NCBI GenBank assembly: GCA_964016885.1
Contig: OZ024742.1
Location: 361,088,001 to 361,152,000, forward strand
Direction of reading: 5' to 3'
DNA from: Eledone cirrhosa
Taxonomy: Eukaryota
Length of the DNA stretch: 64,000 nucleotides
In this document: piece after piece, positions 10,991-26,400 of the stretch
Layout of the letters: every line of letters begins with the position of its first letter
How positions within the stretch are numbered: position 1 is the first letter of the stretch
The notes under the pieces: generated by a model
What the model saw: the letters and a program-made list of their open reading frames with translations, nothing else
What the model was told of the DNA's origin: nothing
Databases searched by the model: none
Position numbers and translations under genes: made by a program

Positions 10991-11116
10991 ATATATATAT
11001 ATATATATATCATCATCGAATTTCTATGTAAACCTGCAGACTTTATGTAATTTGCTTTTGTAATGTCCCCTCATTCAGCACTCCAGTGGTGAACAAAAGA
11101 AATCATTATTATTATC

Positions 11117-11460
11117 TTCGGTAGAGGGTCGGACGCCATGCTTTGACGAATAGAGTTACGGTCCTTTCCATTCGGAGTTCGAATCCCGCCGAGGTTAACT
11201 TTGCCTTTCATCCTTGCGAAGTCGATAAAATAAAGTACCTGTAATGTACTGGGTAATTGCTGGCCTTGTGCCAATAGTAGAAACAATTATTATTATCTTT
11301 ATTATTACTATTATTATTATCATCTTTATTATCATTATTGTTTAACTTTGCCTTTCATCCTGACAGGATAATAAAATACCAGTAATACACTGTGGAAATT
11401 GCTGGCCTTGTGCCAAAAGTAGAAACAATTAGTATTTTTATTATTGTTACTATTATTATT
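11117..11460 (+). mobile_element. SINE family B copy plus a tandem 3' half-copy with (TAT)n tails
   Basis: GGAGTTCGAATCCCGCC B box, AACTTTGCCTTTCATCCTT..GTCGATAAAATAAAGTACC central domain (Meta/MESC-like, from memory), GGCCTTGTGCCAA..GTAGAAACAATT end; repeated at 11342-11430. Confidence 0.85.
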
Positions 11461-14400
11461 ATTATTATATTTTGACAGAATCGTTCAGGCATCAGACAAA
11501 GGCCATGGCAATATTATTATATTTTGACAGAATCATTCAGACATCAGACAAAGTGTATGGCAATATTATTATATTTTGACAGAATCCTTCAGGCATCAGA
11601 CAAAGGCCATGGCAATATTATTATATTTTGACAGAATCATTCAGACATCAGACAAAGTGTTTGGCAATATTATTATATTTTGACAGAATCCTTCAGGCAT
11701 CAGACAAAGGCCATGGCAATATTATTATATTTTGACAGAATCATTCAGACATCAGACAAAGTGTATGGCAATATTATTATATTTTGACAGAATCCTTCAG
11801 GCATCAGACAAAGGCCATGGCAATATTATTATATTTTGACAGAATCATTCAGGCATCAGACAAGGGCCATGGCAATATTATTATATTTTGACAGAATCAT
11901 TCAGACATCAGACAAAGGCCATGGCGATATTATTATATTTTGACAGAATCCTTCAGGCATCAGACAAAGGCCATGGCAATATTATTATATTTTGACAGAA
12001 TCATTCAGACATCAGACAAAGTGTATGGCAATATTATTATATTTTGACAGAATCCTTCAGGCATCAGACAAAGGCATGGCTATATTATTATATTTTGATA
12101 GAATCATTCAGACATCAGACAAAGTGTATGGCAATATTATTATATTTTGAAAGAATCCTTCAGGCATCAGACAAAGGCCATGGCAATATTATTATACTTT
12201 GACAGAATCCTTTAGGCATCAGACAAAGGCTATGGAATATTATTATATTTTGACAGAATCCTTCAGACATCAGACAAAGGCTATGGAATATTATTATATT
12301 TTGACAGAATCGTTCAGACATCAGACAAAGTGTATGGCAATATTATTATATTTTGACAGAATCCTTCAGGCATCAGACAAAGGCCATGGCAATATTATTA
12401 TATTTTGACAGAATCATTCAGACATCAGACAAAGTGTATGGCAATATTATTATATTTTGACAGAATCCTTCAGGCATCAGACAAAGGCATGGCAATATTA
12501 TTATATTTTGATAGAATCATTCAGACATCAGACAAAGTGTATGGCAATATTATTATATTTTGACAGAATCCTTCAGGAATCAGACAAAGGCATGGCAATA
12601 TTATTATATTTTGACAGAATCCTTCAGACAAAGGCCATGGCAATATTATTATATTTTGACAGAATCCTTCAGACATCAGACAAAGGCATGGCAATATTAT
12701 TATATTATGACAGAATCCTTTAGGCATCAGACAAAGGCTATGGAATATTATTATATTTTGACAGAATCCTTCAGACATCAGACAAAGACTATGGCAATAT
12801 TATTATATTATGACAGAATCCTTTAGGCATCAGACAAAGGCTATGGAATATTATTATATTTTGATAGAATCCTTCAGACATCAGACAAAGGCCATGGCAA
12901 TATTATTATATTTTGACAGAATCATTCAGACATCAGACAAAGGCATGGCAATATTATTATATTTTGACAGAATCCTTCAGACATCAGACAAAGGCTATGG
13001 AATATTATTATATTTTGACAGAATCCTTCAGACATCAGACAAAGGCCATGGCAATATTATTATATTTTGACAGAATCCTTCAGACATCAGACAAAGGCAT
13101 GGCAATATTATTATATTTTGACAGAATCCTTCAGACATCAGACAAAGGCATGGCAATATTATTATATTTTGACAGAATCCTTCAGACAAAGGCCATGACA
13201 ATATTATTATATTTTGACAGAATCCTTCAGACAAAGGCCATGGCAATATTATTATATTTTGACAGAATCGTTCAGACATCAGACAAAGGCATGGCAATAT
13301 TATTATATTTTGACAGAATCCTTCAGACAAAGGCCATGGCAATATTATTATATTTTGACAGAATCCTTCAGACAAAGGCCATGGCAATATTATTATATTT
13401 TGACAGAATCCTTCAGACAAAGGCCATGGCAATATTATTATATTTTGACAGAATCCTTCAGATATCAGACAAAGGCTATGGAATATTATCATATTTTGAC
13501 AGAATCCTTCAGACAAAGGCCATGGCAATATTATTATATTTTGACAGAATCATTCAGACATCAGACAAAGGCCATGGCAATATTATTATATTTTGACAGA
13601 ATCCTTCAGACATCAGACAAAGGCCATGGCAATATTATTATATTTTGACAGAATCCTTCAGACATCAAAGACCATGGCAATATTATTATATTTTGACAGA
13701 ATCCTTCAGATATCAGACAAAGGCTATGGAATATTATTATATTTTGACAGAATCCTTCAGACATCAAAGACCATGGCAATATTATTATATTTTGACAGAA
13801 TCCTTCAGACATCAGACAAAGGCATGGAAATATTATTATATTTTGCCAGAATCCTTCAGACATCAGACAAAGGCTATGGAATATTATTATATTTTGACAG
13901 AATCCTTCAGACAAAGGCCATGGCAATATTATTATATTTTGACAGAATCATTCAGACATCAGACAAAGGCATGGAAATATTATTATATTTTGCCAGAATC
14001 CTTCAGACATCAGACAAAGACTATGGCAATATTATTATATTATGACAGAATCCTTTAGGCATCAGACAAAGGCTATGGAATATTATTATATTTTGACAGA
14101 ATCCTTCAGACATCAGACAAAGGCCATGGCAATATTATTGTATTTTGACAGAATCATTCAGACATCAGACAAAGGCATGGCAATATTATTATATTTTGAC
14201 AGAATCCTTCAGACATCAGACAAAGGCTATGGAATATTATTATATTTGACAGAATCCTTCAGACATCAGACAAAGGCCATGGCAATATTATTATATTTTG
14301 ACAGAATCCTTCAGACATCAGACAAAGGCATGGCAATATTATTATATTATGACAGAATCCTTTAGGCATCAGACAAAGGCTATGGAATATTATTATATTT

Positions 14401-17400
14401 TGACAGAATCCTTCAGACATCAGACAAAGACTATGGCAATATTATTATATTATGACAGAATCCTTTAGGCATCAGACAAAGGCTATGGAATATTATTATA
14501 TTTTGACAGAATCCTTCAGACATCAGACAAAGGCCATTGCAATATTATTATATTTTGACAGAATCATTCAGACATCAGACAAAGGCATGGCAATATTATT
14601 ATATTTTGACAGAATCCTTCAGACATCAGACAAAGGCTATGGAATATTATTATATTTTGACAGAATCCTTCAGACATCAGACAAAGGCCATGGCAATATT
14701 ATTATATTTTGACAGAATCCTTCAGACATCAGACAAAGGCATGGCAATATTATTATATTTTGACAGACTCCTTCAGTCATCAGACAAAGGCATGGCAATA
14801 TTATTATATTTTGACAGAATCCTTCAGACAAAGGCCATGGCAATATTATTATATTTTGACAGAATCCTTCAGACAAAGGCCATGGCAATATTATTATATT
14901 TTGACAGAATCGTTCAGACATCAGACAAAGGCATGGCAATATTATTATATTTTGACAGAATCCTTCAGACAAAGGCCATGGCAATATTATTATATTTTGA
15001 CAGAATCCTTCAGATATCAGACAAAGGCTATGGAATATTATCATATTTTGACAGAATCCTTCAGACAAAGGCCATGGCAATATTATTATACTTTGACAGA
15101 ATCATTCAGACATCAGACAAAGGCCATGGCAATATTATTATATTTTGACAGAATCCTTCAGATATCAGACAAAGGCTATGGAATATTATCATATTTTGAC
15201 AGAATCCTTCAGACAAAGGCCATGGCAATATTATTATATTTTGACAGAATCCTTCAGACATCAGACAAAGGCCATGGCAATATTATTATATTTTGACAGA
15301 ATCCTTCAGACATCAAAGACCATGGCAATATTATTATATTTTGACAGAATCCTTCAGATATCAGACAAAGGCTATGGAATATTATTATATTTTGACAGAA
15401 TCCTTCAGACAAAGGCCATGACAATATTATTATATTATGACAGAATCCTTTAGGCATCAGACAAAGGCTATGGAATATTATTATATTTTGACAGAATCCT
15501 TCAGACATCAGACAAAGGCATGGAAATATTATTATATTTTGCCAGAATCCTTCAGACATCAGACAAAGGCTATGGAATATTATTATATTTTGACAGAATC
15601 CTTCAGACAAAGGCCATGGCAATATTATTATATTTTGACAGAATCATTCAGACATCAGACAAAGGCATGGAAATATTATTATATTTTGCCAGAATCCTTC
15701 AGACATCAGACAAAGACTATGGCAATATTATTATATTATGACAGAATCCTTTAGGCATCAGACAAAGGCTATGGAATATTATTATATTTTGACAGAATCA
15801 TTCAGACATCAGACAAAGGCCATGGCAATATTATTGTATTTTGACAGAATCATTCAGACATCAGACAAAGGCATGGCAATATTATTATATTTTGACAGAA
15901 TCCTTCAGACATCAGACAAAGGCTATGGGATATTATTATATTTTGACAGAATCCTTCAGACATCAGACAAAGGCCATGGCAATATTATTATATTTTGACA
16001 GAATCCTTCAGACATCAGACAAAGGCATGGCAATATTATTATATTTTGACAGAATCCTTCAGACATCAGCCAAAGGCATGGCAATATTATTATATTTTGA
16101 CAGAATCCTTCAGACAAAGGCCATGGCAATATTATTATATTTTGACAGAATCCTTCAGACAAAGGCCATGGCAATATTATTATATTTTGACAGAATCCTT
16201 CAGACAAAGGCCATGGCAATATTATTATATTTTGACAGAATCCTTCAGATATCAGACAAAGGCTATGGAATATTATTATATTTTGACAGAATCCTTCAGA
16301 CAAAGGCCATGGCAATATTATTATATTTTGACAGAATCATTCAGACATCAGACAAAGGCCATGGCAATATTATTATATTTTGACAGAATCCTTCAGACAT
16401 CAGACAAAGGCCATGGCAATATTATTATATTTTGACAGAATCCTTCAGATATCAGACAAAGGCTATGGAATATTATTATATTTTGAAAGAATCCTTCAGA
16501 CAAAGGCCATGGCAATATTATTATATTTTGACAGAATCAGTCAGACATCAGACAAAGTGTATGGCAATATTATTATATTTTGACAGAATCCTTCAGGCAT
16601 CAGACAAAGGCATGGCAATATTATTATATTTTGATAGAATCATTCAGACATCAGACAAAGTGTATGGCAATATTATTATATTTTGACAGAATCCTTCAGA
16701 CATCAGACAAAGGCCATGGCAATATTATTATATTTTGACAGAATCCTTCAGACATCAGACAAAGGCATGGCAATATTATTATATTTTGACAGAATCCTTC
16801 AGACATCAGACAAAGGCATGGCACTATTATTATATTTTGACAGAATCCTTCAGACAAAGGCCATGGCAATATTATTATATTTTGACAGAATCCTTCAGAC
16901 AAAGGCCATGGCAATATTATTATATTTTGACAGAATCGTTCAGACATCAGACAAAGGCATGGCAATATTATTATATTTTGACAGAATCCTTCAGACAAAG
17001 GCCATGGCAATATTATTATATTTTGACAGAATCCTTCAGACAAAGGCCATGGCAATATTATTATATTTTGACAGAATCCTTCAGACAAAGGCCATGGCAA
17101 TATTATTATATTTTGACAGAATCCTTCAGATATCAGACAAAGGCTATGGAATATTATTATATTTTGACAGAATCCTTCAGACAAAGGCCATGGCAATATT
17201 ATTATATTTTGACAGAATCATTCAGACATCAGACAAAGGCCATGGCAATATTATTATATTTTGACAGAATCCTTCAGACATCAGACAAAGGCCATGGCAA
17301 TATTATTATATTTTGACAGAATCCTTCAGACATCAAAGACCATGGCAATATTATTATATTTTGACAGAATCCTTCAGATATCAGACAAAGGCTATGGAAT

Positions 17401-20400
17401 ATTATTATATTTTGACAGAATCCTTCAGACAAAGGCCATGGCAATATTATTATATTATGACAGAATCCTTTAGGCATCAGACAAAGGCTATGGAATATTA
17501 TTATATTTTGACAGAATCCTTCAGACATCAGACAAAGGCATGGAAATATTATTATATTTTGCCAGAATCCTTCAGACATCAGACAAAGGCTATGGAATAT
17601 TATTATATTTTGAGAGAATCCTTCAGACAAAGGCCATGGCAATATTATTATATTTTGACAGAATCATTCAGACACCAGACAAAGGCATGGAAATATTATT
17701 ATATTTTGCCAGAATCCTTCAGACATCAGACAAAGACTATGGCAATATTATTATATTATGACAGAATCCTTTAGGCATCAGACAAAGGCTATGGAATATT
17801 ATTATATTTTGACAGAATCCTTCAGACATCAGACAAAGGCCATGGCAATATTATTGTATTTTGACAGAATCATTCAGACATCAGACAAAGGCATGGCAAT
17901 ATTATTATATTTTGACAGAATCCTTCAGACATCAGACAAAGGCTATGGAATATTATTATATTTTGACAGAATCCTTCAGACATCAGACAAAGGCCATGGC
18001 AATATTATTATATTTTGACAGAATCCTTCAGACATCAGACAAAGGCATGGCAATATTATTATATTTTGACAGAATCCTTCAGACAAAGGCCATGGCAATA
18101 TAATTATATTTTGACAGAATCGTTCAGACATCAGACAAAGGCATGGCAATATTATTATATTTTGACAGAATCCTTCAGACAAAGGCCATGGCAATATTAT
18201 TATATTTTGATAGAATCCTTCAGACAAAGGCCATGGCAATATTATTATATTTTGACAGAATCCTTCAGATATCAGACAAAGGCTATGGAATATTATTATA
18301 TTTTGACAGAATCCTTCAGACAAAGGCCATGGCAATATTATTATATTTTGACAGAATCATTCAGACATCAGACAAAGGCCATGGCAATATTATTATATTT
18401 TGACAGAATCCTTCAGACAAAGGCCATGGCAATATTATTATATTTTGACAGAATCCTTCAGACAAAGGCCATGGCAATATTATTATATTTTGACAGAATC
18501 CTTCAGACAAAGGCCATGGCAATATTATTATATTTTGACAGAATCCTTCAGATATCAGACAAAGGCTATGGAATATTATTATATTTTGACAGATTCCTTC
18601 AGACAAAGGCCATGGCAATATTATTATATTTTGACAGAATCATTCAGACATCAGACAAAGGCCATGGCAATATTATTATATTTTGACAGAATCCTTCAGA
18701 CATCAGACAAAGGCCATGGCAATATTATTATATTTTGACAGAATCCTTCAGACATCAGACAAAGTGTATGGCAATATTATTATATTTTGACAGAATCATT
18801 CAGACATCAGACAAAGGCCATGGCAATATTATTATATATTGACAGAATCCTTCAGACATCAGACAAAGGCCATGGCAATATTATTATATTTTGACAGAAT
18901 CCTTCAGACATCAAAGACCATGGCAATATTATTATATTTTGACAGAATCCTTCAGATATCAGACAAAGGCTATGGAATATTATTATATTTTGACAGAATC
19001 CTTCAGACAAAGGCCATGGCAATATTATTATATTTTGACAGAATCATTCAGACATCAGACAAAGTGTATGGCAATATTATTATATTTTGACAGAATCCTT
19101 CAGGCATCAGACAAAGGCATGGCAATATTATTATATTTTGATAGAATCATTCAGACATCAGACAAAGTGTATGGCAATATTATTATATTTTGACAGAATC
19201 CTTCAGACATCAGACAAAGGCCATGGCAATATTATTATATTTTGACAGAATCCTTCAGACATCAAAGACCATGGCAATATTATTATATTTTGACAGAATC
19301 CTTCAGATATCAGACAAAGGCTATGGAATATTATTATATTTTGACAGAATCCTTCAGACAAAGGCCATGGCAATATTATTATATTATGACAGAATCCTTT
19401 AGGCATCAGACAAAGGCTATGGAATATTATTATATTTTGACAGAATCCTTCAGACATCAGACAAAGGCATGGAAATATTATTATATTTTGCCAGAATCCT
19501 TCAGACATCAGACAAAGGCTATGGAATATTATTATATTTTGACAGAATCCTTCAGACAAAGGCCATGGCAATATTATTATATTTTGACAGAATCCTTCAG
19601 ACATCAAAGACCATGGCAATATTATTATATTTTGACAGAATCGTTCAGACATCAGACAAAGGCATGGCAATATTATTATATTTTGACAGAATCCTTCAGA
19701 CAAAGGCCATGGCAATATTATTATATTTTGACAGAATCCTTCAGATATCAGACAAAGGCTATGGAATATTATCATATTTTGACAGAATCCTTCAGACAAA
19801 GGCCATGGCAATATTATTATACTTTGACAGAATCATTCAGACATCAGACAAAGGCCATGGCAATATTATTATATTTTGACAGAATCCTTCAGATATCAGA
19901 CAAAGGCTATGGAATATTATCATATTTTGACAGAATCCTTCAGACAAAGGCCATGGCAATATTATTATATTTTGACAGAATCCTTCAGACATCAGACAAA
20001 GGCCATGGCAATATTATTATATTTTGACAGAATCCTTCAGACATCAAAGACCATGGCAATATTATTATATTTTGACAGAATCCTTCAGATATCAGACAAA
20101 GGCTATGGAATATTATTATATTTTGACAGAATCCTTCAGACAAAGGCCATGACAATATTATTATATTATGACAGAATCCTTTAGGCATCAGACAAAGGCT
20201 ATGGAATATTATTATATTTTGACAGAATCCTTCAGACATCAGACAAAGGCATGGAAATATTATTATATTTTGCCAGAATCCTTCAGACATCAGACAAAGG
20301 CTATGGAATATTATTATATTTTGACAGAATCCTTCAGACAAAGGCCATGGCAATATTATTATATTTTGACAGAATCATTCAGACATCAGACAAAGGCATG

Positions 20401-23400
20401 GAAATATTATTATATTTTGCCAGAATCCTTCAGACATCAGACAAAGACTATGGCAATATTATTATATTATGACAGAATCCTTTAGGCATCAGACAAAGGC
20501 TATGGAATATTATTATATTTTGACAGAATCATTCAGACATCAGACAAAGGCCATGGCAATATTATTGTATTTTGACAGAATCATTCAGACATCAGACAAA
20601 GGCATGGCAATATTATTATATTTTGACAGAATCCTTCAGACATCAGACAAAGGCTATGGGATATTATTATATTTTGACAGAATCCTTCAGACATCAGACA
20701 AAGGCCATGGCAATATTATTATATTTTGACAGAATCCTTCAGACATCAGACAAAGGCATGGCAATATTATTATATTTTGACAGAATCCTTCAGACATCAG
20801 CCAAAGGCATGGCAATATTATTATATTTTGACAGAATCCTTCAGACAAAGGCCATGGCAATATTATTATATTTTGACAGAATCCTTCAGACAAAGGCCAT
20901 GGCAATATTATTATATTTTGACAGAATCCTTCAGACAAAGGCCATGGCAATATTATTATATTTTGACAGAATCCTTCAGATATCAGACAAAGGCTATGGA
21001 ATATTATTATATTTTGACAGAATCCTTCAGACAAAGGCCATGGCAATATTATTATATTTTGACAGAATCATTCAGACATCAGACAAAGGCCATGGCAATA
21101 TTATTATATTTTGACAGAATCCTTCAGACATCAGACAAAGGCCATGGCAATATTATTATATTTTGACAGAATCCTTCAGATATCAGACAAAGGCTATGGA
21201 ATATTATTATATTTTGAAAGAATCCTTCAGACAAAGGCCATGGCAATATTATTATATTTTGACAGAATCAGTCAGACATCAGACAAAGTGTATGGCAATA
21301 TTATTATATTTTGACAGAATCCTTCAGGCATCAGACAAAGGCATGGCAATATTATTATATTTTGATAGAATCATTCAGACATCAGACAAAGTGTATGGCA
21401 ATATTATTATATTTTGACAGAATCCTTCAGACATCAGACAAAGGCCATGGCAATATTATTATATTTTGACAGAATCCTTCAGACATCAGACAAAGGCATG
21501 GCAATATTATTATATTTTGACAGAATCCTTCAGACATCAGACAAAGGCATGGCACTATTATTATATTTTGACAGAATCCTTCAGACAAAGGCCATGGCAA
21601 TATTATTATATTTTGACAGAATCCTTCAGACAAAGGCCATGGCAATATTATTATATTTTGACAGAATCGTTCAGACATCAGACAAAGGCATGGCAATATT
21701 ATTATATTTTGACAGAATCCTTCAGACAAAGGCCATGGCAATATTATTATATTTTGACAGAATCCTTCAGACAAAGGCCATGGCAATATTATTATATTTT
21801 GACAGAATCCTTCAGACAAAGGCCATGGCAATATTATTATATTTTGACAGAATCCTTCAGATATCAGACAAAGGCTATGGAATATTATTATATTTTGACA
21901 GAATCCTTCAGACAAAGGCCATGGCAATATTATTATATTTTGACAGAATCATTCAGACATCAGACAAAGGCCATGGCAATATTATTATATTTTGACAGAA
22001 TCCTTCAGACATCAGACAAAGGCCATGGCAATATTATTATATTTTGACAGAATCCTTCAGACATCAAAGACCATGGCAATATTATTATATTTTGACAGAA
22101 TCCTTCAGATATCAGACAAAGGCTATGGAATATTATTATATTTTGACAGAATCCTTCAGACAAAGGCCATGGCAATATTATTATATTATGACAGAATCCT
22201 TTAGGCATCAGACAAAGGCTATGGAATATTATTATATTTTGACAGAATCCTTCAGACATCAGACAAAGGCATGGAAATATTATTATATTTTGCCAGAATC
22301 CTTCAGACATCAGACAAAGGCTATGGAATATTATTATATTTTGAGAGAATCCTTCAGACAAAGGCCATGGCAATATTATTATATTTTGACAGAATCATTC
22401 AGACACCAGACAAAGGCATGGAAATATTATTATATTTTGCCAGAATCCTTCAGACATCAGACAAAGACTATGGCAATATTATTATATTATGACAGAATCC
22501 TTTAGGCATCAGACAAAGGCTATGGAATATTATTATATTTTGACAGAATCCTTCAGACATCAGACAAAGGCCATGGCAATATTATTGTATTTTGACAGAA
22601 TCATTCAGACATCAGACAAAGGCATGGCAATATTATTATATTTTGACAGAATCCTTCAGACATCAGACAAAGGCTATGGAATATTATTATATTTTGACAG
22701 AATCCTTCAGACATCAGACAAAGGCCATGGCAATATTATTATATTTTGACAGAATCCTTCAGACATCAGACAAAGGCATGGCAATATTATTATATTTTGA
22801 CAGAATCCTTCAGACAAAGGCCATGGCAATATAATTATATTTTGACAGAATCGTTCAGACATCAGACAAAGGCATGGCAATATTATTATATTTTGACAGA
22901 ATCCTTCAGACAAAGGCCATGGCAATATTATTATATTTTGATAGAATCCTTCAGACAAAGGCCATGGCAATATTATTATATTTTGACAGAATCCTTCAGA
23001 TATCAGACAAAGGCTATGGAATATTATTATATTTTGACAGAATCCTTCAGACAAAGGCCATGGCAATATTATTATATTTTGACAGAATCATTCAGACATC
23101 AGACAAAGGCCATGGCAATATTATTATATTTTGACAGAATCCTTCAGACAAAGGCCATGGCAATATTATTATATTTTGACAGAATCCTTCAGACAAAGGC
23201 CATGGCAATATTATTATATTTTGACAGAATCCTTCAGACAAAGGCCATGGCAATATTATTATATTTTGACAGAATCCTTCAGATATCAGACAAAGGCTAT
23301 GGAATATTATTATATTTTGACAGATTCCTTCAGACAAAGGCCATGGCAATATTATTATATTTTGACAGAATCATTCAGACATCAGACAAAGGCCATGGCA

Positions 23401-26400
23401 ATATTATTATATTTTGACAGAATCCTTCAGACATCAGACAAAGGCCATGGCAATATTATTATATTTTGACAGAATCCTTCAGACATCAGACAAAGTGTAT
23501 GGCAATATTATTATATTTTGACAGAATCATTCAGACATCAGACAAAGGCCATGGCAATATTATTATATATTGACAGAATCCTTCAGACATCAGACAAAGG
23601 CCATGGCAATATTATTATATTTTGACAGAATCCTTCAGACATCAAAGACCATGGCAATATTATTATATTTTGACAGAATCCTTCAGATATCAGACAAAGG
23701 CTATGGAATATTATTATATTTTGACAGAATCCTTCAGACAAAGGCCATGGCAATATTATTATATTTTGACAGAATCATTCAGACATCAGACAAAGTGTAT
23801 GGCAATATTATTATATTTTGACAGAATCCTTCAGGCATCAGACAAAGGCATGGCAATATTATTATATTTTGATAGAATCATTCAGACATCAGACAAAGTG
23901 TATGGCAATATTATTATATTTTGACAGAATCCTTCAGACATCAGACAAAGGCCATGGCAATATTATTATATTTTGACAGAATCCTTCAGACATCAAAGAC
24001 CATGGCAATATTATTATATTTTGACAGAATCCTTCAGATATCAGACAAAGGCTATGGAATATTATTATATTTTGACAGAATCCTTCAGACAAAGGCCATG
24101 GCAATATTATTATATTATGACAGAATCCTTTAGGCATCAGACAAAGGCTATGGAATATTATTATATTTTGACAGAATCCTTCAGACATCAGACAAAGGCA
24201 TGGAAATATTATTATATTTTGCCAGAATCCTTCAGACATCAGACAAAGGCTATGGAATATTATTATATTTTGACAGAATCCTTCAGACAAAGGCCATGGC
24301 AATATTATTATATTTTGACAGAATCCTTCAGACATCAAAGACCATGGCAATATTATTATATTTTGACAGAATCCTTCAGATATCAGACAAAGGCTATGGA
24401 ATATTATTATATTTTGACAGAATCCTTCAGACAAAGGCCATGGCAATATTATTATATTTTGACAGAATCATTCAGACATCAGACAAAGTGTATGGCAATA
24501 TTATTATATTTTGACAGAATCCTTCAGGCATCAGACAAAGGCATGGCAATATTATTATATTTTGATAGAATCATTCAGACATCAGACAAAGTGTATGGCA
24601 ATATTATTATATTTTGACAGAATCCTTCAGACATCAGACAAAGGCCATGGCAATATTATTATATTTTGACAGAATCCTTCAGACATCAAAGACCATGGCA
24701 ATATTATTATATTTTGACAGAATCCTTCAGATATCAGACAAAGGCTATGGAATATTATTATATTTTGACAGAATCCTTCAGACAAAGGCCATGGCAATAT
24801 TATTATATTATGACAGAATACTTTAGGCATCAGACAAAGGCTATGGAATATTATTATATTTTGACAGAATCCTTCAGGCATCAGACAAAGGCCATGGCAA
24901 TGTTATTATATTTTGACAGAATCATTCAGACATCAGACAAAGACATGGAAATATTATTATATTTTGCCAGAATCCTTCAGACATCAGACAAAGGCTATGG
25001 AATGTTATTATATTTTGACAGAATCCTTCAGACATCAGACAAAGGCCATGGCAATATTATTATATTTTGACAGAACCATTCAGACATCAGACAAAGTGTA
25101 TGGCAATATTATTATATTTTGACAGAATCCTTCAGGCATCAGAGAAAGGCATGGCAATATTATTATATTTTGACAGAATCCTTTAGGCATCAGACAAAGG
25201 CTATGGAATATTATTATATTTTGACAGAATCCTTCAGACATCAGACAAAGGCTATGGAATATTATTATATATTGACAGAATCGTTCAGGCATCAGACAAA
25301 GGCCATGGCAATATTATTATATTTTGACAGAATCATTCAGACATCAGGCAAAGTGTATGGCAATATTATTATATTTTGACAGAATCCTTCAGGCATCAGA
25401 CAAAGGCATGGCAATATTATTATATTTTGACAGAATCCTTCAGACAAAGGCCATGCCAATATTATTATATTTTGACAGAATCCTTCAGACATCAGACAAA
25501 GGCTATGGAATATTATTATATTTTGACAGAGTCCTTCAGACATCAAAGACCATGGCAATATTATTATATTTTGACAGAATCCTTCAGACATCAGACAAAG
25601 ACTATGGCAATATTATTATATTATGACAGAATCCTTTAGGCATCAGACAAAGGCTATGGAATATTATTATATTTTGACAGAATCCTTCAGACATCAGACA
25701 AAGGCCATGGCAATATTATTATATTTTGACAGAATCATTCAGACATCAGACAAAGGCATGGCAATATTATTATATTTTGACAGAATCCTTCAGACATCAG
25801 ACAAAGGCTATGGAATATTATTATATTTTGACAGAATCCTTCAGACATCAGACAAAGGCCATGGCAATATTATTATATTTTGACAGAATCCTTCAGACAT
25901 CAGACAAAGGCATGGCAATATTATTATATTTTGACAGAATCCTTCAGACATCAGACAAAGGCATGGCAATATTATTATATTTTGACAGAATCCTTCAGAC
26001 AAAGGCCATGGCAATATTATTATATTTTGACAGAATCCTTCAGACGAAGGCCATGGCAATATTATTATATTTTGACAGAATCGTTCAGACATTAGACAAA
26101 AGCATGGCAATATTATTATATTTTGACAGAATCCTTCAGACAAAGGCCATGGCAATATTATTATATTTTGACAGAATGCTTCAGACATCAGACAAAGGCA
26201 TGGCAATATTATTATATTATGACAGAATCCTTTAGGCATCAGACAAAGGCTATGGAATATTATTATATTTTGACAGAATCCTTCAGACATCAGACAAAGA
26301 CTATGGCAATATTATTATATTATGACAGAATCCTTTAGGCATCAGACAAAGGCTATGGAATATTATTATATTTTGACAGAATCCTTCAGACATCAGACAA

